Assembly: GCA_024704765.1 (NCBI GenBank)
Contig: JAKMXF010000295.1
Span: forward strand, 186,001 to 250,000
Source of the DNA: Oopsacas minuta
Taxonomy: Eukaryota > Animalia > Porifera
Direction of reading: 5' to 3'
Length of the DNA stretch: 64,000 nt
The translations under genes and the position numbers were made by a program. Of the stretch, positions 51,883 to 62,682 are shown in pieces. Positions within the stretch are counted from its first letter, which is position 1. The number at the start of each line of letters is the position of its first letter. The notes beneath the pieces are model-generated. The model saw only the letters and a list, made by a program, of their open reading frames with translations, searched no databases and was not told the DNA's origin.

Positions 51883-54739
51883 TAATGTGTTTTGCCTCTC
51901 AGGAAAGTGATCTAAATTAGAAAAACATCACCTAGTAAATTTCTGTTCTATGTTCTCTAACTCACTCCCCGTCTGGTCTAACTTAGAAAAATTTGAGGCA
52001 CGAGCACGTTTTAGCTTAAGAGCAATCTCGAGTTGTGATGCGATTTATCAAGCGAAAGGCGCTAGTTGATAATTAATGTAAACATATTTATACATGAAAC
52101 ATGAAGAAAGAGATATTAGCACCAACAACATTAAGTGGTCCTTTTGGTGGTGACCAAAATTGAGAACCGCTGGTACATTTCCAGTGCTTAGATTATTAGA
52201 TTATTAAATTTTTTGAAAAATACAATTTCAAAAAATATGGTCATAAAAATATTATATTTTGAAGCTTAAAATATTATACTAAAAGTTGAAAGTTGACATA
52301 CTAGATCAGACATTAGAATAGAGAGGCATACACATTTTGATAACGGGATCTGGATAAAAATCCGCGAACATTTGGGAGCCTTGTATTTCAAAATTTATAC
52401 GTACAAATGCAGTTCACAATATTTTCGGTCACCTCCAGACACGACAGTTATAAGTGTAATTTGTAGATAAAATTTTAATTTCTTGTAAATATCCAGTTGA
52501 TTAGCTGCCAAGTCAAGATATCTAAAGTGGTTTCACGATTAAAAGAGGGGGTCGATTCATATAAGTTTGATACCTATACATTTCTGATCATTGTTGGTTT
52601 GGGATATCTTATTGTGTTAGTAAAATAAGTTCCAGCTCCAAATTTTAATCATTTGGGAGACACTCTGTGTTGTGCCAAGAATTTCTATAGTTATACATGA
52701 AATGCATGCACTCATTGAATAACGCTTCATAACTCGTGAAAAATAAATGAAATAGTTCGATATTCACTTTCAACACCAAAGGTAACACAGAGAGGATATT
52801 TTAGCTGTTGGGAAAACATTATTCCTATGTCCACATATATTGTAGAAAGGTCACTTTTATACGAAGTCATTTTGGACTGACCATTTGGCTTAGTGATCTA
52901 TTTCTCAGTAATCTACGGAGGTCACATACATACATGGCCTACATCCAGGCTATGCATCCTGGCCTATCCTTGAGGTATTGAGTAATGTCTAATGAAATGC
53001 CAAAGAGTTCCATTCCAACTGAACATTGACCCAAGCGGAAGAATAACGTTGAAACATATGACCTTCCCATTGTTTCTGTGGACCCAGCAATAATACCTTG
53101 GAAACCTTTTACGATGAACAAATATCGCATAAAAGACTATTTAATAAATATTTGAAACCTTACATTTATACATACATTATTTGAAATATCAATACTTGGT
53201 ATTGGTATAACTCTTAATCTCAAATTCCAATGATTTGGCGTCTATCTATCGTGTCCCAACTAACAAGATATCGAAACCTAGAATGATCTGAAACATTTGA
53301 TGTTTTTCGCGGCACCCTAAAAAACATGCATATAATCAGAACAGTACATCCGATATATTCAAAGCAATGGTAAAATAGATTCCATATAGGGTGTAAAGAA
53401 TATGATGTCCTATATCTTTACATTGTCAATCAATCATTCGATAACATCGCCAATTGATCCAGTAATCTTCAACAAATCAATTCTAATTAATAATTATTAT
53501 GTAAATCTAGATTTAGAAACGTTTTTAGATGGGTATTGATCCGTTCCAACAATACTGGCATAATAATTAATAGAGCGACTACAGTCTTTCCACAATACAT
53601 TCCCCTTGCAAACCCTGTCAACTCACAAACTTACATACAGATAGTGTAGAATATCTGGATTTGAGTCACTGAAGATAATTAGCACGATTTGAATTTGTCT
53701 GGGCGAACTAAGAAGTATTGTGTTAAATATATATGATTGGGAAAGGAACAATTCAGGCCGATAATAAATTAGCTGCCAACCTTTAGCAGTATTTCCAAAA
53801 TATGGGCACAAAGAAAATAATAAAATTAATGAGCTATTTCTAAAGTGTTCAAAAATTGATGGCCTAAATATACTTAATACAAAATTTAAGGCTTTATATT
53901 TGATGACATTGAAGAATTATAAATAGCAAACTCGACTGGCAAAGAAGAACATTCTGTAACAATATAAAGGTTCAGGTTTTTCCCTGTTTCGTTTGCATTT
54001 GATCTTTCTATGGTAATTTGGCAAGATACAAGTAGCCTTATATAAAACAACAGTGAAAGTGAAATATAGTAGAATCACGATAAGTTGGGGAGGTCGATCT
54101 TGCGAATTTCATGATAACCCCCCCATTCCCCATATATAATTTTAAATGTTTATGTCCTCTAAACAGAGAATTTTGAGAAATATGTATTGCCACTTCTTTC
54201 ACCGACTGTTTTTTTCAACGATATTTGAGTATAGTTATTATAATATACCATAATGTAGTTGGTTTAATATACAAATTTGCAAGAAATTTTCTCCAGAGAA
54301 ACCCAAAACTTTCAATTCACCTAGCTATAAATACTTGAGGATTTCCAGATACAACACAAAATTGAAAATTAAGAATAATTTTAAGTCTCCACTTATAGAA
54401 GTAAATTTCAATGATGTGAGGCATAATTTTCACTAATGTATGCCCCATTCCCAACTTATAGAGAGTCGTTTCTATGGAACGAATGAAGGTGGACCAAATT
54501 TGACTGGCTAATAGAAGTTCCGAATTTATCGAGACCACTTATAGAGGTTACCAAACAATAGTTATTAACTATTAAATACAATCTCCAAATATCCATTCGA
54601 CCAATATTCATTCGAGCAAAATTCAGGGATTCACAAAAGCGATAGCGTACACAAAAAACACTCGTAGTGTTTGTCGCAAGGTGCATTTCACCTCAAATGG
54701 AAGATACAAGTGGTATATTCGAGAAAAATAAAGAGATAC

Positions 54740-54962
54740 CTGTGACCATATTCTTTGTGACTAACAAATCCTCCTTAGATTTAGCTATATAAATTCCAGG
54801 GTGTCTGTGAGGCTCAATGAGTATCTTGCTACCGCCTTTGGCATTGAAACGACCTTTATCAGTTCCCCGACCCCATTTAGGAACAGCAGAACGGCTTTGA
54901 GAGGAACCTCTAATAGCACCTCTCTGACCTCTGCTACGGTTGGGCCTTATAAAACGAGACAT
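54740..54962 (-). CDS. FBL: Fibrillarin coding exon 1 (short basic N-terminus and start of the core)
   Basis: MSRFIRPN...[36 protein letters not shown] donor in phase 1. The spliced CDS is 223+632 = 855 nt (284 aa). Confidence 0.93.
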
Positions 54963-56610
54963 AAATAGAGAAAAGGCTAAAAGCAAACAAGAAAGGATGT
55001 TACAAAGAATATTGAATTGATATGCGAGCTGAAGGCCATAGGCGCCAAGTTAGGGTACCTGGGGTTCAGACTCAACAGGCACAGTGCATGAAATTGCTAA
55101 AACCTGGAAGTAGGTATTAGGGCACTAGATAACGTATTAAACTATATTATTGCCATATGGGGAATCGTACCCAAGGAATCGATTGACGTAACTAGATTTT
55201 TTCTAAGTCTTTGGGTGTGAAAGTAATGACGTCATTGTCACATTCAAAAATATTTTGATTGTTTTATCGATTTTAATTAAGCCAATTTGTGAGCTATAGG
55301 TTCAGAAATTGAATGCTTTATGTTTTGATATTATTAACACTATTTAATGCACATTTTTATCAACTTATGAAACCATATTTCTTGTTAAAATGACCCACGG
55401 TTCATTGAACTACAAACTATAACGTATTTATAATTAGAGAATTCACCAAAATATCTTGACAGCTCTTTAACTCAGATAGATCTGGCTCGAATCGTTTTCG
55501 TAATATTACGAAAGGATGCTAAAATTGGATCACTTTGAGAGATAAGCCTGACGAACACATCTTCAACGTTGTCCTCAAAGCTAAATTTTTTTGAGTCTCT
55601 CACGGCATCGCCTGACCAATTTATTACAAGATTAAAGGCCTTCTTCAGACAAATCTTCTAAGCCAAACCCATCGTTATGATCTGCAATTATTTGTGGTGC
55701 ATGGGCTAGAAGTTTATGTAAAGTAGGGGTTACATGTGCCCATGAAAAATTGGTTAAAATGGATTCGTAAGTCTCTCGGCATACATTATCAAGGCCTTCA
55801 GTATCCACTTTCCTGTTGCTATTATACAATCTCAAGATAGCACTCAAAATATTAAAAATTGTAGTGACAACTTGATGTGTCTCTTGAGGAACAACCGTCA
55901 ATACCCAATTGAGAAAATCTTGTACAGTATCATCGCTACGTGTGAAGCATCTCGTAACAACATTTCAGGTTGTGGTGGCTCCGCCTTGGACTGATGGTGT
56001 GTCAATGGATATACTAAGTTTTTCTTCAATAAGGCTAGAACTAAATTTCTAGGCCCCAAGAAATATTGGCGGAGTTGGTGACCATTTTGAATAGCACCAC
56101 ACTGTAAATGGCAAATCAATAAATGGAACCAACTAAATGTTCTCAATTATGCATGTAGAGGGGAAACTGATATGATCTTTTCCTGAGATCGGTTTGTGTG
56201 TTAAATTGAATCTTTGATTTGTTGGCAAAGATAGAAATTCTTCCTCATCAACCTCATCAAATACATCACGTGCATCACGGATAGTCCTATTTATGGGAAA
56301 GACATTTTGAACTATGCTAATATCGTGATCTGTTGGAACGTTGCAGTACACATTTGAGAATTAGCACAACAGCACCGCTTAAGATTCTTGCCATCTTTGT
56401 ATCGAAATGAGATCTTATGATCTTGACCTCTGCATGCCATTGTGTAAACACAAACCACTCTCTTCAATAGTTGAAGTTTAGTTATTTATTAATGAGTCCA
56501 TCAAAATTTGACACCCTCCTCATTTTCTGGAATCGTTAAGAGGACAACTGGTCGAGTGCAAAATGGCGAATTTGGATGAGGTTTCCATATGATATGATCA
56601 TTTGCATTTA

Positions 56611-57949
56611 CTACGGGCGTTCAATAAGTAGTCGTTATTCCAAATTTTGTAAGTCGGAATATTTCGACCTAGATCAAACTGAATTTTCTAATAACAATCC
56701 ATCTATTGTGAATTCAATAATGCAGAGCTTTTTTGATTCTGATGTCTCGTTGAAATATTGTACCTATTTACATTTTGACAGTTTATTATAGTAACATTTT
56801 TAATGGCTTCAAAAAGTACAGATTTCAAAATTGAGCAGAGAGCATATGTGAAGATCAGAACACTGCTCAAGGTTTCACCAACAGATGTCCACAAAGATTT
56901 AGAGGAAGTTTATAAGGATACAGCACTTCCATATTCCACTGTTGTTGATTGGGCTAGACGCTTTCGTGAAGGTAGAGTGTCCATTGAAGATGGGGCAAGA
57001 ATAGGGAGACCAGTTTCCAGCACCAATGACAAAAATATCCTTGAGGTATCCGCGTTACTTGAAGAAGACCCTCATATCACGCTTGTGGAGATAGCTGATG
57101 CGGTTGGTATCTCAACGGGAACTGCTCAAGCTATTGTACATGATAATATGAAATTCCGAAAGATATGTGCTCGATGGGTGCCGTATTTACTAACTCAGGC
57201 CCAGAAAGCAAAGAGGGTCCAATGCGCTACTAAATTGCTCTCTGAGTTTGATCGAACTGACTCCAGAAGGTTATTTGAGATAGTAACAGGTGACGAAACT
57301 TGGGTACGTTATTCTGAGCCTTTATCAAAAGAAGCAAACAAAGTATGGGTTGCAAAAGGACAGGACCCACCAATGATCCCTCGACATGACTTTCGGGATC
57401 CGAAGGTTATGTACTGTATATTTTTTGATTCTAATGGTCCAGTGTGCCAGATTTGTGTCCCCAAATACCAAACAATAACAGGCTCCTTCTACACCAATGA
57501 GTGTCTAACAGAGGTTGAAAAATTCTACCAAAATCGACGGCCAAGGACTGGAACTCGTGGATTGCGAATATTGCATGATAACGCCCGACCGCACAAGACA
57601 AAGCTGGTTAGAGAAAAGTTAGAAGCTATGAAAATTGTGGAGCTAGATCACCCTCCCTACTCGCCAGATCTAGCTCCCTGTGACTTTTGGTTGTTTCCAA
57701 AGCTAAAGAAACATCTATCAGGCAGGAAATTCGAGAGTCGAGCTCAGATAGGATCGGCGATTTTCCAGTATATGAAAGGTGTACCAACCGAAGACTACAA
57801 AAAAGTATTTTTCGATTGGATAAAAAGGCTGAAATTGGTTTTACAGCACGAAGGGGAATACTTTGAGAAACTCCATCACTGATTACACAATTATGCTAGA
57901 AAAATTTAGAATTACAATGTAATAACGACTACTTATTGAACGCCCGTAG
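56611..57949 (+). mobile_element. Intact mariner element (1339 bp) nested in the RAG1-like transposase
   Basis: Perfect 29-bp TIRs CTACGGGCGTTCAATAAGTAGTCGTTATT, with TA TSDs on both sides. Confidence 0.98.
56803..57882 (+). CDS. Mariner DD34D transposase, 359 aa, uninterrupted
   Basis: ARWVP, VTGDETW, ILHDNARPH and HPPYSPDLAPCDFWLFPKLK motifs. 34 residues between the second and third D. Confidence 0.97.
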   Translation: MASKSTDFKIEQRAYVKIRTLLKVSPTDVHKDLEEVYKDTALPYSTVVDWARRFREGRVSIEDGARIGRPVSSTNDKNILEVSALLEEDPHITLVEIADAVGISTGTAQAIVHDNMKFRKICARWVPYLLTQAQKAKRVQCATKLLSEFDRTDSRRLFEIVTGDETWVRYSEPLSKEANKVWVAKGQDPPMIPRHDFRDPKVMYCIFFDSNGPVCQICVPKYQTITGSFYTNECLTEVEKFYQNRRPRTGTRGLRILHDNARPHKTKLVREKLEAMKIVELDHPPYSPDLAPCDFWLFPKLKKHLSGRKFESRAQIGSAIFQYMKGVPTEDYKKVFFDWIKRLKLVLQHEGEYFEKLHH

Positions 57950-58808
57950 TATGATTGCGTTAACCTTGAAACCAAATAAAATGAAGGTTTTAGTCGAGAG
58001 GTCAGGATTAGATATAACTTGCTGGTAAACTCGATGTCACCCAGATCCATCTAAGCCATCGGATACTCGAACTATCAGCGGATAGACAAGGGTATCAGGA
58101 CTTAAGTTAGATACAATTCGTTCAACTGTATGGGTGAGTAGTCTGGTGTAAGTATTACCTACTCCACATGGAAATTCTCTATGAATTATACGCACCTCAT
58201 CCAGCAAATTAATTTGAGCCCGATGTTTAGCTACACTATTGTTGAGATCTTCAGATAGTAACGTACGCCGAAGTTCTAATACTTTGCTTCACCGATCTCA
58301 AGCGAATCGAAAAGAAAGGCAGATTTATCAAGTGATAATTGTGGATAGATAGGAGATGAGTTTCCCTTCTCGAGTATCTCTTTACAAACATTGGCACTAT
58401 TCATGTCCTGCTCTCCATTGCAACAAAGTAGTAAGAGATAAGTTGCAAGAGTCTTTGGAGATACATGCTTGTTTTCCGCGACTGATTCGAGGTGAGACTT
58501 AAGAGAAGAGAGCCGATTTCTCAAACCTTTGGTCGTTAAGTCAGCGAGCGATTTCTTTTTTGAAAGATTAAAGTCTTCTTCAAAGTTAATGGTTAATGAA
58601 GAAGAGGTACTTAACCTAGGCTTCTTTGGCAGAGGACAGAAGCACATGGAATTCCAAGTATCAAGCTCCGAATATTTATGAAAAGAGGCTCTCTCTTTTT
58701 GAACATCATTCAACTTCAGACGAAAGAAATTTTGCAGATCTCGATCAAAACCATGAGTTGAAATAAATTGGTTTGCGATTGAACGAGTGCTAAATAATTT
58801 ATGCTCAC

Positions 58809-61028
58809 AATGAACAGGGAACTTTAGAACACTAAAATCGGACTAAATTTGACAAAGTTATAATCATTTTACTATATAAGCCAAAGTCTATGGGGATATA
58901 TTGCAATAAATGAATGAAGCCAATTTATACGCTATATGTTTGTTTGTATTCACTTTGCTTATGCATACTACTCTCATACGTTCAGCATTTCTATGAGTTT
59001 GTATTTTATGTTATTTCCTATAATGTTTTACAAATGAGAGGTCATGAAACGAACTAAACCACGTTTATGATTAATGAAGCCACTTTTAGAATACATATGA
59101 AGACTAATATTCTAAATACCTAACTATTCATATGATTGCAAGGTAGTGTATGATTACCCAACATTGTAATAGGAATGCAACATTTTCAATAGTAAAACAA
59201 ATATGTAGTATTAATGAAAACAACAAAATGCTATTGTCAGTAATGTGGTTATTTCAAATTAAGATGCCACAAAATTGTGGCATTCCTTCTAGCAATTGTG
59301 TTACGTCGATGGCCCGACTGGTATATAACAAGTAATTGTTGCACATATAATATTCTACGCATTGTTATTACAACCAATGGATTTTCAGCCAATACTTGAG
59401 CCCACTGTCTTCAGTGAAATCCCGCAGGATTTGATTATTGATGACATTATTATCCTTGCACAGTGTTGTGATAATGTCATAAACTAGTTAAGAACGTATG
59501 GCTTATTAGCGCGTCAAATGCGGTGTCGTTGTGGAGTAGAAATGTATGAAACACATTGGTCTCACTTTCAGGATGGCTATGAATGGAGATGTAGTCCATG
59601 TAGACGAAAGTGTTCGATCCGCCATGGGTCCTTCTTCACACCATCCAAAATTCCACTCCCATTGATGTTCAAGTTCCTGTACTTTGGAGTGAGGACTTGC
59701 AATCGCATGCATTTTTGGAGAAGCATTTGGGATGGAGTCCGAACACAGTGGTTGATTGGAAGAATTATTTGAGGGATCTTTGTTTGGAAGAAATATTAAT
59801 GAACCCTCAACCCATTGGAGGTCCTGGGAAGATCGTTGAGATAGACGAATCCAAATTCGGCAAACGAAAATATAATAGAGGCAGACTGTTAACTGGCCAG
59901 TGGGTATTTGGGATGGTTGAGGGGGATACAGATGATATAATTATGGTTACTGTACCTGATCGCTCAACAGCCACTCTTCTGCCAATTATCCAAAGGTTCA
60001 TTCATCCACAAACAATAATTTATTCTGATGAGTGGGCTTCCTACAATATATTAAGTCACTCCGGATATACCCATTACACAGTTAACCATTCCGAGAATTT
60101 CGTAGACCCAGTGACTCATGTACACACCCAGAAGATAGAAGGGAGTTGGGGAGGTGTAAAAAAGAGGCAGAAAAAAGGACAGACAACAAATCCTGAATTA
60201 CTTGAGACCCATCTCATAGAGGCTTGTTGGCGGAGGAGACAAGAAAAATATTTTTGGACTTATTCTAAGAGGAATTAGAGATTTATATCCAGTAATATAA
60301 ATCATTATCTGTAAACTTCATCATAATAAATATTTTCTTAGAATGTTGGTAATATATACATCAATAAAGTCATAGTGTACTAGGTCCCACTTATAATCCG
60401 AATTGTAACCACTACAGTACATCCAGTCACTCAATAATCTGAACACTTTCACAAGGGTTAATTCACTATTTATTAAGTTGTTTTTTATGTAGCAAAATAT
60501 GTTGCTAAGAATATAGACCCAATTTATTAGCCTTAAACAAAAACCTAGATAAATGTAGTTGTTGCGTAAATATAAATATGTTGCATATCTAAGGGTTAAT
60601 TTTGAAAGAGTGCGTGCTTAAGATATGCGTACTTCCCTTGACTATAGTGATTAGTCATGGACGTAGTATAGTATCAGGAGTGTACTAGGGGCCCATACGG
60701 AATGCCCAGGCCTATTAATAGGTTTATGAGCGTCCCCCACTTCATTTTTCGGACAAATATTACTGGACGCGTACTCGGATTTGTTATAATGCAAACAGTA
60801 ATCCATAAGATTTTACACCTGTTAAACATAAAATACAAACTCATAGAAATGCTGAACGTATGAGAGTAGTATGCACAAGCAAAGTGAATACAAACAAACA
60901 TATAGCGTATAAATTGGCTTCATCCAGTTATTGCAATATATCCCCATAGACTTTGGCTTATACAGTAAAATGATTATAACTTTGTCAAATTTAGTCCGAT
61001 TTTAGTGTTCTAAAGTTCCCTGTTCATT
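58809..61028 (+). mobile_element. Merlin (IS1595/ISXO2-like) transposon with about 200-bp TIRs; transposase pseudogene at about 59377-60278
   Basis: GGPGKIVEIDESKFGKRKYNRGR, WVFGMVE, IYSDEWASY and TVNHSENFVDPVTHVHTQKIEGSW. N-terminal CxC..CxxC. One stop and a frameshift. TIRs at about 58809-59015 and 60825-61028. Confidence 0.93.
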
Positions 61029-62084
61029 ATTCGACGAGTTCTATGACTTCAAAATAACCCGTAGTGTCGATTAAAAGGGAATCACCTTCCGGTACAATAC
61101 TATAGTTGTACCTAAAATTGAAAAGCTTGAAGGTTGTTCATTTTCTAGATAAATAATATATTATTTATTAACAATATTGTAAGTACAGGGCAAAAAGTAA
61201 GATTATATATATATGCATGTTTGTTTTATAAGCTTACACAATACATTCTGAAATCTAAGAATTAAGGAACTTTTTACAAAACTTTTTCTCACACTAGAAG
61301 AGTGCTGATTTTTTAATGGAATCTTTGTAAAAAAACGTGATGAGAACATTAATTTATATTAATTACAAGCAGAATTTTGTTAACACAAGCATAAAATTGT
61401 AAATAACTTCACGTTTTGATTATATCGCTAATCAACCATAATATTTATATTAATTTTGAAAAGAGAATTTTTAAAAATATTAGATAAATTCAAAAGTTCA
61501 TGTGATTGAAACTATATTTGCGCGAATTTTCGGGAACCTGGAAATTGTTGTATTTATAGAGAATTAAAAATGCTATATAATAAAACTCAGGAGACAACTT
61601 GACAGAACGCGACAGATGAAGTTATGAGACTTCGAAGTTGAGTGACGACAGAATTATCCAAAAGAAAAATTTATCAAAATATTTGAGCTATTTTAAGGGT
61701 TTATTATTTGAACTCCACTTATGTAATCACTTTAATAGGAGAGTAGTCGAAAATGCAATGGAATGAAGTTTTTGGAATGTATTAGTTGCTTAGATACTGG
61801 AATTTAAGTTCATTGATATAAATGAAAATCTGTGGTTTTCAGGAATAATTTCTGAGGAAGAAATTGTAATGCTTATATACATTCCAGTTGTTCCTAAACT
61901 AAATGATGGATCATAACAATTTTAGACATTTCAAGTAATTGGATATTTCTCTTTCCAATGAACTTTAAATGGTTACTAAATATCGTATTGAAATTTTGAC
62001 CAATTTCTAGGGAGTGTGCCACTGTGACAGGTTTTGCACAATTGAGAATCTTCCCCCCCAACTTTTCTAATGTGACCAAAAATC

Positions 62085-62180
62085 TCTATATGCACCGTTC
62101 AAGAACTCCAACATCGGATTAAATTTGACAAAGTTACGAAAATTTACTCCCTAAGCCACATCCTATGGGGAAAATTGTAT
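62085..62180 (+). mobile_element. Solo, diverged Merlin-like TIR fragment
   Basis: ATCGGA.TAAATTTGACAAAGTTA...TAAGCCA...CTATGGGGA matches the Merlin TIR at about 58837-58900. Confidence 0.6.
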
Positions 62181-62456
62181 TACTCACTACAGTCAAATTG
62201 TACTGATTTATACATTACAATTACCAGAGGAATGCTCATACTGTTGATATTGCGGTTATATACGCTTGTTACTCTATTCTTTCATGTTCATTTGTTTGCT
62301 ATTCAGTGTGTTCCACTGCAGGTAATTCTTGTTACTTTAAAGGAAAGCTGGTTATTACATAATTCTGTCTACAACACTAAATATACAATGCAACATTTCA
62401 TTTCATATTATGCTTGCAATTAAATTGCATCCTGTATATGAAGTCGTTCAAACGTA

Positions 62457-62682
62457 CCATACTTGCCAACTGTTCCGTTGGTTGGCGGGACACCACGATT
62501 ACTCGCCCCGAATATGTGTTGACTGCCAATGAGGCTAATGTCTAGCCAAAACTTGACAAAATCCTTAATTGTCCCTCTATTTTATAGTCCAGTCTAATTC
62601 AAATATGCTGCATTCGACGATGTCCTGCTCAATTAGTCCCTTCTGTCCCACTTTTTATCTTCACTCATGTTGGCAAGTATGG
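62457..62682. mobile_element. MITE with CCATACTTGCCAAC termini
   Basis: 14-bp perfect inverted termini. No TSD seen. Confidence 0.5.

Larger units (their letters stand above)
55500..61115 (-). pseudogene. RAG1-like/Transib transposase pseudogene in three pieces (about 61115-61029, 58808-57952, 56610-55500)
   Basis: DGLDGSG (D at 58049-51, RAG1 D600-like), PNSPFCTRPVVLL (RAG1 PNSELCCKPLCLM), HFDTKM (D at 56401-03, D708-like), SPLHA, GGATTT*NVVTRCF, TPTLHKLLAHAPQII..LSEEGL*SCNKLVRR (E962 position, now TAA) and DVFVRLISQSDP. Multiple stops and frameshifts. Confidence 0.88.
55080..62026 (-). mobile_element. RAG1-like/Transib transposon, complete with both ends, decayed and interrupted twice
   Basis: CACAGTG at 55080-86 and CACTGTG at 62020-26. 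Exact TSD ACAGG (55075-79, 62027-31). About 3.39 kb after removing the nested mariner and Merlin. Transposase motifs as in the pseudogene entry. Confidence 0.92.

Noticed and set aside
50344-54739. Intronic box C/D snoRNA in fibrillarin
   Set aside because: No sense-strand RTGATGA...CTGA pair found by eye. A covariance-model search would be needed to exclude it fully.
55087-62019. RAG2-like gene inside the RAG1-like element
   Set aside because: No kelch or PHD motifs, and no unexplained interval long enough.
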